Source: Paramecium tetraurelia
Lineage: Eukaryota
Direction of reading: 5' to 3'
NCBI GenBank assembly: GCA_000165425.1
Contig: CT868040.1
Coordinates: 1 to 64,000, forward strand
DNA length: 64,000 nucleotides
Both the position numbers and the translations under genes were made by a program. This document shows, one piece after another, positions 1 to 12,855 of this stretch; the first letter of the stretch is position 1; every line of letters starts with the position of its first letter. The notes below the pieces were generated by a model, which had not been told where the DNA came from, searched no databases, and saw only the letters and a program-made list of their open reading frames with translations.

Positions 1-14
1 GAAGCGATTATGTT

Positions 15-102
15 CCCCAACCCCAACCCCAAACCCAAACCCAAACCCAACCCCAAACCCAAACCCAAACCCAAACCCAAACCCAACCCCAAACCCAAAC
101 CC
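15..102 (+). repeat. Macronuclear telomere, mixed CCCCAA/CCCAAA (G4T2/G3T3) repeats
   Basis: About 14 tandem hexamers irregularly mixing C4A2 and C3A3 at the window start; this mixture is characteristic of Paramecium telomeres. Confidence 0.97.
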
Positions 103-992
103 TTTAGAAAAACTGATCGCTTTTTTTTAACGTAAATGATTATCAAAATCTCTTAATTTGTCTTCTTTTTTATGCATTACTGCATACTCACTTTAATTCC
201 TAATTAGAAAGAAGTGTATATTGTCTCCATTAAGACTTATCACTACGAGCAATATAAAATGAAAACTCTATCTTTCAAAACTCAATACTAGGTAGCAATA
301 AGTAGATAAAGCATTTACTGATTGCAAAAACAGTGGCATATGAATTAGAAGTAAATTTTATTCAATTCTGTGTTTCCTGTTCCTCAGAATAATCCAAATG
401 CATTTTATTCTAATCATGCATTAATTTTGTCAAATAATGCTATTAACTTTCGACAAGATGAGAGCTCTATAATAACTCTTTATATTCACCTTCTATTGAC
501 TGCTTGTGCTATCGTGACTAATTCATCTAGCTTTTAATGTTTTTTGTCTAATTCAATTCTAAATGTTCTAAAATGTGAATAATTTTAACTTACATTACAT
601 CTAGCCTTAATCTTTTTTCTCACTTGGAGGCATTATAGCCATATATGTGATATAATAATAAGTGGCATACATAAAATTTCACATTATGCATTACTGAGTT
701 AATTTTTTCAACGCACCAGCAATCATTCTATCATAAAATGCATTCGAATTTTATAGGAGAATTTCAATGTAGTATTTCAAATGAATTATCAGATTAGGAG
801 ACTATAAATGATGTCCACTACATAAAATGCAACTCTTGGTTTCCTTAAATAAGTGGTATCGAAACGTAACTATTTTTATTGATGCCAATAATTGGTGATC
901 TTTTATCTTACAACGCGATACTCGTTTGCTTATCCTTTGATTAATCAATAATAATTCAAATGTATGATAGTGCCTGATAAAGTAATTTGAGT

Positions 993-1738
993 NNNNNNNN
1001 NNNNNNNNNNNNNNNNNNNNNNNNNNNNNNNNNNNNNNNNNNNNNNNNNNNNNNNNNNNNNNNNNNNNNNNNNNNNNNNNNNNNNNNNNNNNNNNNNNNN
1101 NNNNNNNNNNNNNNNNNNNNNNNNNNNNNNNNNNNNNNNNNNNNNNNNNNNNNNNNNNNNNNNNNNNNNNNNNNNNNNNNNNNNNNNNNNNNNNNNNNNN
1201 NNNNNNNNNNNNNNNNNNNNNNNNNNNNNNNNNNNNNNNNNNNNNNNNNNNNNNNNNNNNNNNNNNNNNNNNNNNNNNNNNNNNNNNNNNNNNNNNNNNN
1301 NNNNNNNNNNNNNNNNNNNNNNNNNNNNNNNNNNNNNNNNNNNNNNNNNNNNNNNNNNNNNNNNNNNNNNNNNNNNNNNNNNNNNNNNNNNNNNNNNNNN
1401 NNNNNNNNNNNNNNNNNNNNNNNNNNNNNNNNNNNNNNNNNNNNNNNNNNNNNNNNNNNNNNNNNNNNNNNNNNNNNNNNNNNNNNNNNNNNNNNNNNNN
1501 NNNNNNNNNNNNNNNNNNNNNNNNNNNNNNNNNNNNNNNNNNNNNNNNNNNNNNNNNNNNNNNNNNNNNNNNNNNNNNNNNNNNNNNNNNNNNNNNNNNN
1601 NNNNNNNNNNNNNNNNNNNNNNNNNNNNNNNNNNNNNNNNNNNNNNNNNNNNNNNNNNNNNNNNNNNNNNNNNNNNNNNNNNNNNNNNNNNNNNNNNNNN
1701 NNNNNNNNNNNNNNNNNNNNNNNNNNNNNNNNNNNNNN
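993..1738. other. Assembly gap (746 N)
   Basis: Run of n; directly followed by TPR repeat units, so it may be a collapsed repeat array. Confidence 1.
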
Positions 1739-2035
1739 TAATTTATTGTTAAATATAAAAATTAGGTAATGTTTTATATGATTTGAACTAATGTGAAGAA
1801 GCAATTAAATGTTACAATAAAGTAATATTTATTCATCCTAAATTTGTTAATGCATGGAATAACAAGGGTAATTTATTGTTTAATATTAATATTTAGCTAT
1901 TGCATTAAACAATTTGAACTAATATGAAGAAGCAATTAAATGCTATTAGGAAGTAATTTCTTTAAATCCAAAAGTAATTATGCATTAGATAATAAAGGTA
2001 AATATATTATTTATTTAGGTTTACTTCTATTTCTT
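1739..2035 (+). pseudogene. TPR-repeat gene fragment (3' part), last unit frameshifted
   Basis: Exon 1766-1867 (102 nt, one 34-aa TPR: GNVLYDLNQCEEAIKCYNKVIFIHPKFVNAWNNK); intron 1868-1896; exon 1897-1997 (101 nt, AIALNNLNQYEEAIKCYQEVISLNPK.. with a 1-nt loss); intron 1998-2018. Confidence 0.75.
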
Positions 2036-2479
2036 AATTTTCCAAATATTTTTAATACAAAAATTATAGAAAGGCTATGGTATTGTTTTGTTATATTAAG
2101 AAGTATTTTTGCAATGGAGTGTTAAACAGTAGTTGTGTAAACTAATTAATTCCTCCTAAAGAACTACTTTTACTTGCTCTCTTAATTAAATATTATTTAA
2201 ATACTACAAATATTTTTAGTTTATATTTTTTTACGAAAAAATGATTTATCTTAATCAAAAAAAAGGAAAAAAAATCTAACAAGACATCCAAACATTCAAA
2301 TATCAATATTATTATTTATATATCGAATTATCAGAAATCACAAATTACTAATCATTTTCACAATATTTTCATTAGCATAAGTAAATCAAATTAACAGCTA
2401 ACCAAAAACAAGAATTGGAATTGCTTGTTATGTATTGAAAGTAATTTTGTGAACTTTAATTAGTAAGTAATTATTTGAA

Positions 2480-3834
2480 TAAATTCAAATTAAATACTTT
2501 ATTGCAATTATAAATTGAATCTACTTATTCCATTTAAGTTTTTTTGAAAGCGCTTATGGAATCTGATTTCATATGTCATAATATTAATTTTAATTAAGAT
2601 TACCTCAATTTTCTCCATAAAACCATTGCCTAAGTATTCCCCTAATATTCATTAATAAGAGCCAGATAGTTAATGAAAGGCTGTCCATTTAGAGTTGATA
2701 GCCTATTTAAGGTCATTTGATGGATATTTTAGCCATCCCAACAATATAAATGTCTATCCTTGAAAAATATAGATTCACTTTTCTCCAGTATTATTGATAT
2801 TTGCTTTATATAATCAGATGTACTTGCTAATTCCTTAGAAACCATGCAGTTGTTTTATACTTCTTGTAGCCTTATTTCAGATCGCTTTTTGAATTTGTTA
2901 ACCTTTTTCCTTTATGTAAAACTAGAAGCTATATTTATTTTAGTTAAATTTCTTAACCCAAACATTTATTAGCAACTAGCCAATATTTGTTTTGATATTT
3001 AAACTTCTCATTTGAACCAACTATAAAGCATAGACTTTACAATTTCTATGGGATAGTTTTACATAATTAATATTTTGATTGATTATAGCAATATCTGGTT
3101 GGTGATCAATTGGTATAAGAAGTTTGGAACTTTAGTATTAAAGTTATTGCAATTGGACTCCACAAATGGTAAGATATTTTTACAGAATCATGTCACCCTA
3201 TTCTTTACACCATAGTTGATTTTTTGATGTTAGGCTTACAGTGTGAAATTTTCAGCACATTAGTTGAGCAAATCTGCTTCCATCTGAATATTATTTATTG
3301 TTATGTTTCCATATTTAACTTACTCAAGTAATACAATAGAAATGACTCATTCTTTTACATGGAAATTAAGTCAATATGTTGGCTTCAACTATTGTGATCG
3401 TTTACTAATGCAATAAGGAAGTTAGATGCATAGAAGTAGTGCATAACAACTAAAGATCTTTCGACTCAAAGAAAAAATCATAAAAATATCTATCAATATT
3501 ACTGTTATTAAAACCAAAGATTTCCCTCAGATGATGGTACATACTCGGTATAACATACACTCTTTCACTAAAATCTCTACCTGTGATAATGGCTTAGAGT
3601 AAGTTATTGAATACAATACATACATCGTCATCCCAATTATTATATAGTGATTAAGATTCCTAATTGTGTAAGAGATCATGTATAATAGGATTACATAATA
3701 TTCTCTTTCTTAATACATTCAAATTTTAAGACCTGTGTAACTGAAATCATCTTAGTAACCCTTATCTTAGGGTTCCCAAGCGATGTTCAGTTTATTCTCC
3801 TGTTTTGGTTTAGGATTTTTTAAATTTTATTCAT
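2480..3834 (-). pseudogene. Degenerate coding-like subtelomeric sequence, product unknown
   Basis: Long code-6 open stretches (e.g. RSEIRLQEVQNNCMVSKELASTSDYIKQISIILEKSESIFFKDRHLYCWDGQ) that join only via frameshifts or TGA; boundaries approximate. Confidence 0.35.
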
Positions 3835-4642
3835 TTTGTAATTCGATATATCAAATATCAATTTTTCTATACTTTGACAAAAAATGTTGTAAAAATTCAT
3901 AACTTTAATAGCTTTTAAATATGAAAAATTTGCTAAATTAAGCTTTCCAAATGAGTTCAAGCTAAAACATTTTTACTTTTGATTTTTTATTCTCAATAGA
4001 AATTGCATAGCCTAAGAATTTCTAAACTTTCTTGCCTGCAAAAAATCCAAGTTATAAGTGCAACTGCTTTGATAAATTATTATGAACTAATTTGAGATTT
4101 CTATCTAACATCATATATAAATCTGCCATAAGAAATTTTATATCTAAGGCTATATGGCTAAAGCAGAATAGATATTACTTGATAAATTATATAATAGTTA
4201 TCTGCAAATCAAGAGATCCTTTTGATCCCATTTTAATATAATTTATTCCTAATTTCAACTTTACTAAATTCATTTTTAGATTTATTGATATTATGTACTG
4301 TTTGATTAGTGGAATGTATAATTAGAGTTAGTTGAAATGTTTATTAAAATTGAGTCGAGCTGATTGATATTTTTAATCTAGAATTCTAAATTTTGAAGAA
4401 TACTTGGAGTTTAATATCAGTTATCAAGATTTCAATTCGACCATTTTAATATATTGATTAATGTTTTTCTATTCCTATCAATCCTCTCTCTCAATCTTAA
4501 TCTTCTGTATTTTATCTAATCATTTAATTTATGGTTTCAAAGTTATAGTTGTCTTAATTTTAAATTAACCTATTTAAGACTTTATAGTAATTTAGTCACA
4601 ACCTTAAATGTATATAAAATTAGATTTAGATATATAATTTAG

Positions 4643-7449
4643 TCATTAAACCCATCTATCTGTTTTGGTTACTTCATCTATCACCATTTCATAATTGTTG
4701 TTCCATCTTTAAGAATTAAACTCTTATTCAACTTTATTCTAATAAAATAGTTATTGAATTTACTTTATTTGTATCACTTATATTATTTGTTAAAGGTTAC
4801 AGAAATTAGGCTTGTGAATAAGTCGTTTTTACTTTCGAACTATTTAATTCAACTGGTCGTGAGGAATAATTGCTATATTCTGAAGTTCTTGGTTAATTTT
4901 TGTTCATCTCATAGGCTCTCATTTATTGTTATGGATAAATAGATTATGATTCTATATTTATTTATTAAACTGATGATTATTTTATTACTTTCTAACTATT
5001 ACTTTCAGATTTGTCAATTTGATAAATATACTCCTTTTAAATTTATTGTTTTTACTCAATTTAAGATTTATAGGTTTCAATTAATAATTATTGTTCTTCA
5101 TATCTTTTTTAAAGCCATTAATTGTCTGATGCTTAGACCAATAATTTATCTATTTCACTTCTTAATTCAATGACCTATCAAGATGAAAAAATAACTTACA
5201 GTTTTTTATAATCTCTTTATCTCCATTTTATAGACTTCACTTTATTGATTCTCTTTATATTCATTTAAAGTTATTTAAATTGTCTCATAACTTTATTGCA
5301 ATGCTACATATCGTTATTCAATTTATTCGTATCTAATTTTCCATTAGTTAACTTCTTAATCGATAAGGAGTTTTTATTTTTATTCTAATTTATCATATTT
5401 TTCTTTCCAGACTTATATCTACTCTTTCAATGAGTTGGTATTTTCCATATTAATAGATACTGTGGATATTCGTTACTAATACGTTACAATGTCTGATCTA
5501 TATTAATCTGATTCCAACTATAATTATTTAATTCTATCTTCTTTTGATATTAGTAATTATTCAAGTTCTTTAATTCTATATTATAGTGTATCGTATTATT
5601 ATTGAGTGTTTTTGAATTCATCTATTTTTCTTTTTAATTATTAATTTAATGATAGTTCTTGTTCATACAAAGCCTTAACATCATTCAACTATCTTTTCAC
5701 ACTTTAATCTTATTCAGTATTCTATTCATACAAGTATATTTTCCGAGTGTATTATTCTATATCTGTATTTTGTTTTCTGAGTTAGTCTTTAAGAGATTGG
5801 ATTTATAATAGATAATTCTCACTATCTGATTTTCTGTTTTCGAATTAATAGATTTTCGTTTTATACGTTTCAATTTAAATTTATTATTTTTCTATTTATT
5901 CTTAGAACAAGGTGCATTTGGCTGTCATGGTTTCTAATTACTAAGATTTAATTTTCAAAATTCTTTCAACCTCAGGATCAACTTCTTTTTGAACAAATTT
6001 AGCCTTTTCTTCAATGATGTAGTATTGGGTTTACAATTAGTTATATCTCAGTTATAATTAATTGTATTGATCAATTTTTAATTATAATTATCTTTCAGTT
6101 TCAGGATCTGGTTGATAGATTGTGCGAGTTTCATACATACTTTATTATTTGAGTTTATCTTGGTAGACTTGCAATTAATCTTACAATAATTAGTATCTAG
6201 TGTTCAATTCATCATATTGTCTGATTTTTTTTTAAAGTAATTATTCTATTTCAGGGTCATTTTGATAGATGACTTTATTTTCATACTGCATTTCCTTTTG
6301 CATGATCCTACTAGTTTCTTAAAGTGAATAAAATTAGGATTGTAATAGTGTATATCTGGATTGCAATTCTTACAATTGCTTTTCAATATCTGGATCTGTT
6401 TGATAAATTACCTTTGTTTCATATTAGATCTCCTTTTGAACATTCTAAGTCTTTTCTTATAATGTGAAATATTAAGATTATAAAATGCTGTATTTGGACT
6501 ACAATTCTTTGAAAAGTCTTTCAGTTTCAGGATCTGGTCTATAAATGGGGGTGACTTCACTCTTTTTATTGGATAATTCATTCTGTAGTCTCTCAATTTT
6601 TGAATTGAGTCTATCATTATCTTGCTTAAGTATTTCATTATCTTGCTGAAGATCAAATAACTCCTTTTGTAATTAATCGACATCCACATCATTATTACCT
6701 CCTCTCAACTCAAAATTATCATTATTTGGTTGTTGATTATTCTACAATTACTTAATTTTTGCTTATTGCTATTAATTTTCATATTCTTTTTGATTGAGTT
6801 TTCTTTTTAGATCTTCAATTTCTTTTTTATCTTGAGTATCAGGTGTTTTTGGTTTAATTAGTTCCTAGATAGAGGATCATAAATACTTTCTGTATTGCCT
6901 AATATTATTGTTTCCACATATCAATTTCTTTGCCCTTATCGACCAAGAACTAACTCATTCTATTCATTTCCACCAATAATGATTCTATCCTATTATCTTA
7001 TTCTTTTAACTATTTTAAATTATTTAACAGTATACTTTTTTAAGATGGTTAATGCAATCTGGACATTGTTAGAGTGCATTTCTCGGTTAAGGTGATTGGG
7101 ATTGTTTGATTGATGGAAATCTTTGATTTGGTAGTTCATGATTTCTAACTTTAACAATAAATTTATGAGTCATGTTTGCTCCTTGAGGCAATTATGGTAA
7201 TCCATGCAGTTCTTCTCCATTTTCTAACCTCTATTAAATTTCCCTAATTTCTTGAGGTGTTAATTGCTCAAGATGATTATTGAAGGCTTGTCGTTAACTT
7301 GGTGGCTATTGCTGAACTAAATCATTCATAAATCTCATTTAGGAGTTTGACAACTATGCTGATGCAGCTGTCTGTCTATAGGATGACGGTTGTGATTATG
7401 GTATATATCTTGATGAGTTGGAACGAGGTATTGAGGATGAACGATCCAT
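4643..7449 (-). CDS. Large coiled-coil protein with about five internal ~47-aa 'YExKVIYQxDPExE' repeats (likely cytoskeletal)
   Basis: ATG 7449 (MDRSSSIPRSNSSRYIPQ..), Q/E/K-rich heptads, small GT-AG introns (e.g. near 5175-5199 and 4739-4763), ends ..KTDRWVQ-TGA at 4643. Confidence 0.8.
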
Positions 7450-7467
7450 TTTTTAATTAATATTAAA

Positions 7468-9061
7468 ATGTCAAGGTAAGTTTATGTAAGTCCAGAAAGA
7501 ATGACTATTCAAAAATTGGAAGAATACCCCTCTGCCTTGTAGGACTTGAATTTTAATCATTGTACGATAGTGATTTCATTTATGATTAGCGAGATTCTAG
7601 GAGATTGAGGCAGAGTTCAAAGCTTTGGATGTCGATTAAAGTGGTTGGTTATCTTTGGCAGAATTGGAATTGCATTTGAAAAGGAAAGGATGTGATTAAT
7701 AATTAGTGCAGGAGATCTTCAATGATTTGAATACTAATTAGGATCAAAAGATATCCAAAGACGAGTTCACTCACGGTTATCTGAATAAAGAGTAAAATCT
7801 TAAAGATTAAGTTAAATCATTAGAAATCAAAATCAAGCAAATTAGAACAAGCGAAGACGAGTTTAAGCAACAAATTAATGTAGCAAACCATTAATAATTA
7901 ATAATTACTCTCTAATCGGGCTGTCTAAACTAATTGTATAGATAGTAGGATGACATAATAAAAGCATCCAAATAAATTGAAGTTCTCTTTCAATGCAATG
8001 AAGCCTCTGATGGACATGACAGATTTAGCAAGCTAAGCTTGAATTGCGAATATCCAGTTTGGGGTGATAAAATTACTTATATTCTTAATGAAGTACATCA
8101 AATAGAAATTTCAGTTGAATTAATCGAAATATATTAACTTTAAAAATAGTCCCTGGGCAAAATAAGAGTCCAAAAAAACTTGCAATAAGACTTCTAAAAC
8201 CAAGAGTAGCTAATATTCGAAGGCATCGGTGAAATCCTGGTTCTTTTTGAATACATAAATAATTGGGTAAATTATCATTTTTTATATCCTTTAGAATGAA
8301 TACATTCAAGCGTAAATGCAATTTTGTGAAGAGAATGTCAACAATCTCCTTGAGTAAATCAGATAGATTAAGCGAAAATTGTACTTTATGAAACAATTAT
8401 ACAACTTTGATAATGGCAACTTAAAGCAGAAGGAAACTCTATCGCTCTCTCTATTACCAGCGTACAAGCAGGACATCTAGATAAATAAATCGTTTCAACA
8501 ATAAGAAAATAAGGCTTAATATGATACTCAGCCAATTTTCAATTAATAATAACTGCCATAACAAGAATAAATACAGATTCAATAAATTCCAGAATATCAA
8601 TAAGACTATCAATTATAAAATAATTTGCCTGATGCTTTTAACATCTTCAAGCATTCCGAAAGTGATCCCGATGCATTCATTGTTAGTCTTGAATAGATGA
8701 AGAGTCAACCAAATTTCAAATTAATGGGGATTTTAGTTCTACTCATAACTATCAACATTGCATTTTCCAGATGTGATTTTCTGGGCTTGATGCTAGTTCT
8801 GTTAAGTATCCCTTATCAAAATAGGAAATGGAATAATTAGTAACTTTAATTCTATACTTATGGAATGATCTTCTCTTTGATATTAGAGTTTTACTGGTAT
8901 TTTTATCTTATAACAAAAGGATAATAAAGTTTTCAAATTGCTTTTCTAATCTCTATTAATGCAACAATTAATATGGATTTGCATTATCAATCTACTTTTT
9001 ATGTCTACTCACGTTCCTTGGGAAAATTTATGTATTATATAAAGTCCGTGGATATCATTGA
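7468..9061 (+). CDS. EF-hand pair + coiled coil + C2-like domain + C-terminal transmembrane helices
   Basis: EF loops DVDQSGWLSLAE and NTNQDQKISKDE; C2-like ..YPVWGDKITY..LGKIRV..GEILVLFEY; hydrophobic C-terminus ending FALSIYFLCLLTFLGKIYVLYKVRGYH-TGA; several short introns. Confidence 0.8.
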
Positions 9062-9132
9062 TATATTGAGTTATAAACTTTAGATTAAGTATCATTTTAC
9101 ACAATTTAATATAATTATAAATATTAATATCA

Positions 9133-10467
9133 ATGTATAAGGAATTGAGATATACACAAAATCATCTAAATAATCCACTTCCTGAAGAGAATATGGTCGA
9201 GTCTGTTTTCGAATCACTTGTAAATGAATTAAAATACTTTCGTTAAAATGTTCCCGTTGGTTGTTTAACAGATAAATGCTCAAATAAGTAAAAGGAGAGA
9301 CAGGATTTGAGTATGTTCTCCGGAGCTGGCGGATATCTGTATTTGTATTTGAGAATGTATGAATTTGTTAAAACTCTTCCAGATGATCTCTAATCCTTTT
9401 GTACTTCTGGATTAAGTGATTAAGAATTGCCTGAATTTTATAACCCAGATACTTATTTAGATTTAGCCCAAAAATAATTTGAAGCTATGCAAGTAGCCTT
9501 AAAACCGGATAGGAATATTACATTTCTGATGAGCAACATAGCTACTTCACTATTGGGTGCAGACCTATATTTCATTAAAAAAGACTAATAGAACTTTTCG
9601 AAACATATTTCCTAGGTTTTGAGCATCTTTGCCAATATCATGGCAAGTCCAAATTAATTTTAACAAGAGTTGTTATATGGAATCCCAGGATATTTATATA
9701 TCTTCTTGTGGATAAATCAAAGATACTCCAAAGAACAAGGACCATATCAATTAGATTTAACTTCTCACATCTTTAATTTATGCAAGATGATCATTCTTAA
9801 TTGTGGCGAAGGAATTATGAAATGTAAATTTTATGATTAGACTTATTTTGGTGGTGCTCATGGAATTTTAGGAATTATTCAAGTATTATTGTTGAGTTAT
9901 GAATAAGCCAAAGAATACTTTCATTTAAAAGACGAGAAGTTTACCCTAAAAATGCTTGAATCTATTTAATTGACTCTGGATTATCTAACAAAGATCTATA
10001 ATAAATAGGGTAATATTCCACCTTCAGCTGAGGATTTATAAAGCACAGAATTGTTCCAATTTTGTCATGGAATCCCAGGCGCAATAGGTCCTTATTTGAA
10101 AGCATATCAGATATTTAATAAACAAGAATACTTGAATACTGCAATTCACATGTCAGAAACCTTGTACATATACGGTATGATAAAGAAAGGATATGGGATA
10201 TGTCATGGCATACCAGGGAATAGCTATGGATTTATGCAATTATATTAGGTAACCAAAAACGAGAAACTGAAAAAATATGCGTTCTAATTCCTATAGTACA
10301 AATAAAATCCTTTTGTTTTCAATGAGGTGAAGAACTTTAAATTCCATGATAGGTACAATGTTGGGATGTCTGATAACCCTTTCAGTTTGATGTTGGGGTC
10401 AGTTGGTGAAATGTGTGCAATGATGGATTTTATAAATTACAAAAGAATGCCAGGGTATGAGGTTTGA
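9133..10467 (+). CDS. LANCL: LanC-like protein (eukaryotic LANCL family), 444 aa, intronless
   Basis: Single code-6 ORF with LanC GxxG motifs: SMFSGAGG, ELLYGIPGY, YFGGAHGILG, FQFCHGIPG, KKGYGICHGIPGN, DNPFSLMLG, C-terminal MPGYEV; Zn ligands Cys/Cys/His retained. Confidence 0.95.
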
Positions 10468-10600
10468 TTGATATATATTTACATATTGATTGAATATTAT
10501 TATTGAGATTCTCATAGAAGTAGCAGTTTATTTTAAATCTAATCTTGTATGATTTAATTAATTATAAGTTTATGATATATTGATATTATATGAATAATCA

Positions 10601-11839
10601 TCAAATATTATCTCCTGCTGCTTGTCTAAGAGCGAGTTATTCTCTAAGAGTTCTAAGAGATTTGTTAACCAAACCAATAGTATCTGAAACAACTTATCTA
10701 TCAGCATCTCTAAATGAAAATAAGAATACAATATTTACCTAGCTGATCTTGCATCGGCATAGTCTTTAGCTGCTTCTTCGCATTGAGTCCATCTATCAGT
10801 TCTTCTTTCATTAAGTAATTCTAATCTTTAGTTAGTATTTTCTAATGAAGCTTCGACTTGTCTGATAATATCTGAAACACTAGCAAAGTCAGATTCGGCA
10901 TTAGCTAATTCGCTGCCTGCAACAGTCAAGGCAATAACCAAGAACTTTCTTGTTTTATTGTATGCTTCAACTCTTTTGTCTTCTGCAAATCTTTGTAAAC
11001 TTAAAGAATCGCTAACTTCATTGATTAATCTGTCAAATAGATCTACAACTCTAAAGGATGTAAGATAATGTGAATACTTTTAAATAGTGCTATCATCAAA
11101 TTTGGCTTTGCTTGTAATTTGACTCAAAAGTTTCAGGACGGGAACATATCTAAGCATGTGTTTAGTGTGTGCCAATTTCTTTTAGGATTCCTTAATGTGC
11201 TTTTATAATAAGGAAATATGCTCTTTTGGCATTTCTTTAGCTTATTGAGTTTGTTTCTTTTGAACTAATGAGGAAGTGGCTTCAACATTGGCCTTGATGA
11301 TGTTTCTGGCTTCAGTCAATACGGCAATGGCAGTGTTGTGATCAGCAGCAATCTCCTCAAAATCAGCGTGTTAAGCAGCTCTTTCAGCATCTAAGTCGTC
11401 AATTTCCTTTTGATATCCTAATCGATTAATATACTGATATTATACCCTTAACTTCTGCCTTTTTAGCTGTAACCAATCCAGAAATAATTGCTCTTCTTGG
11501 ATACAAATCTCCTTCCAATCTAGCTTCAAGAGAGATTCTCTCAGAATCTGTATTAGCTATATCTTTGTCATATGCAGCTATATCAACATTGCATGAGTCC
11601 TAAAATTCTCTATTTTCTGCATCATCTTCTCTTTGCTCTTGCTAATATCTGTCTTCCAAATCAGACAAAGTATTTAGTAATCTATCCAAAGGATCTCCGG
11701 TCTCCAACTATAACCAAATGGTATCAAACAATGTTCTTCCAAATGGAGTTGCATCTATTCTGTGAATCAATTAAATATATTCAGTTTCTGATGTTGCAAA
11801 TGCTGTGCATGCAAGAACTAATAAGAACACACTTTTCAT
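10601..11839 (-). CDS. T2: Trichocyst matrix protein precursor, T2 family
   Basis: Signal peptide MKSVFLLVLACTAFA; PFGRTLFDTIWLQLETG/DPLDRLL processing context; C-terminal RTLREQLALRQAAGDNI; closely resembles the T2 precursor as I recall it; 3 short introns. Confidence 0.93.
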
Positions 11840-12855
11840 TAAATTAATTATCGAGTTTTTTAAGCCAATTCACATCAAGTCTCTAGTAGCCGTTTTAATA
11901 TTATTGCAATCACTCACTTACAAACGGATTATATATAATTTAAATAATATATTCAATTATCATAACCATATTTAGGTTTATTTTCCACTTTCTCCTCAAA
12001 ACTTGGATTGAGATAAAAATCTTCTTGTTTCTTAAATAAAATTATGTATACTTATAATAACGAGATAAATTAGATAATGAATAAAAAGAGTTCTAATTTC
12101 TAGTTATAATAAATGGAGTAAATACCTTATAGACTTTTGGAATCCAATTGAAGATAATATCCTAAATCAAGGGTATCGTGTAAATCCTATTCAAAAATAT
12201 TAAAGATTTCCAACTTTTAAAGGTTCATACTAAAGGAACATTATGATTAATCTAAAAGATCAATTGCCATCAAATTTAAGTTTTTCAATTATTGATTATT
12301 ACGAATAAATCTTAACAATATCTTTGATAGTTTAATTTTAATTGATAGGATTACGAAAAGTTTATTATAAGAATATTAGTTTATTTGTTATATTAAATTG
12401 TTGTCAATTACTTCTAAGGAGTACCAAAAATAAAAAAATAATAATATTACATTCGAAATGATGAAATTTTTCTTTATGTGGTATTGCATATATATTTTCA
12501 CATGATAGGTCGCATTGAAAATAGAGTTGTTTTGTGTTAATATAGATTTAGGTTTTCAAATTGAACTTTTCAGAATTAAAATAAAGATTAGGTCATTAAT
12601 ATTTAGAATATCAAAATTTTTATTTTGAAGATATCGTTTTAAAATTAAAGTGATCCTAAAGTTGTTTTATGGATTATGAGTGATTGTTTAACATTCAAAT
12701 ACAATCAATAAAAAAGCAATCTTTAAACAAAATATAAAATATATCTTTTGATCATTAAGCAAATGAGAGCTAATAGATTATAAGAAAATGAAGTTCCTAT
12801 TATATATAGAAATATTTGATTTATGTTGTTTAATAATCTAAAATACAATTCATAC

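Noticed and set aside
1..14. Non-telomeric 14 nt outside the telomere (possible internal telomere or end fusion)
   Set aside because: Too short to interpret; most simply an untrimmed linker or low-quality read end.
956..1804. Two long ORFs in the supplied track
   Set aside because: Artefacts of translating the N gap.
5965..6550. Spaced direct repeats as a CRISPR-like array
   Set aside because: Repeats are degenerate, in frame and protein-coding; eukaryotic context with no cas genes.
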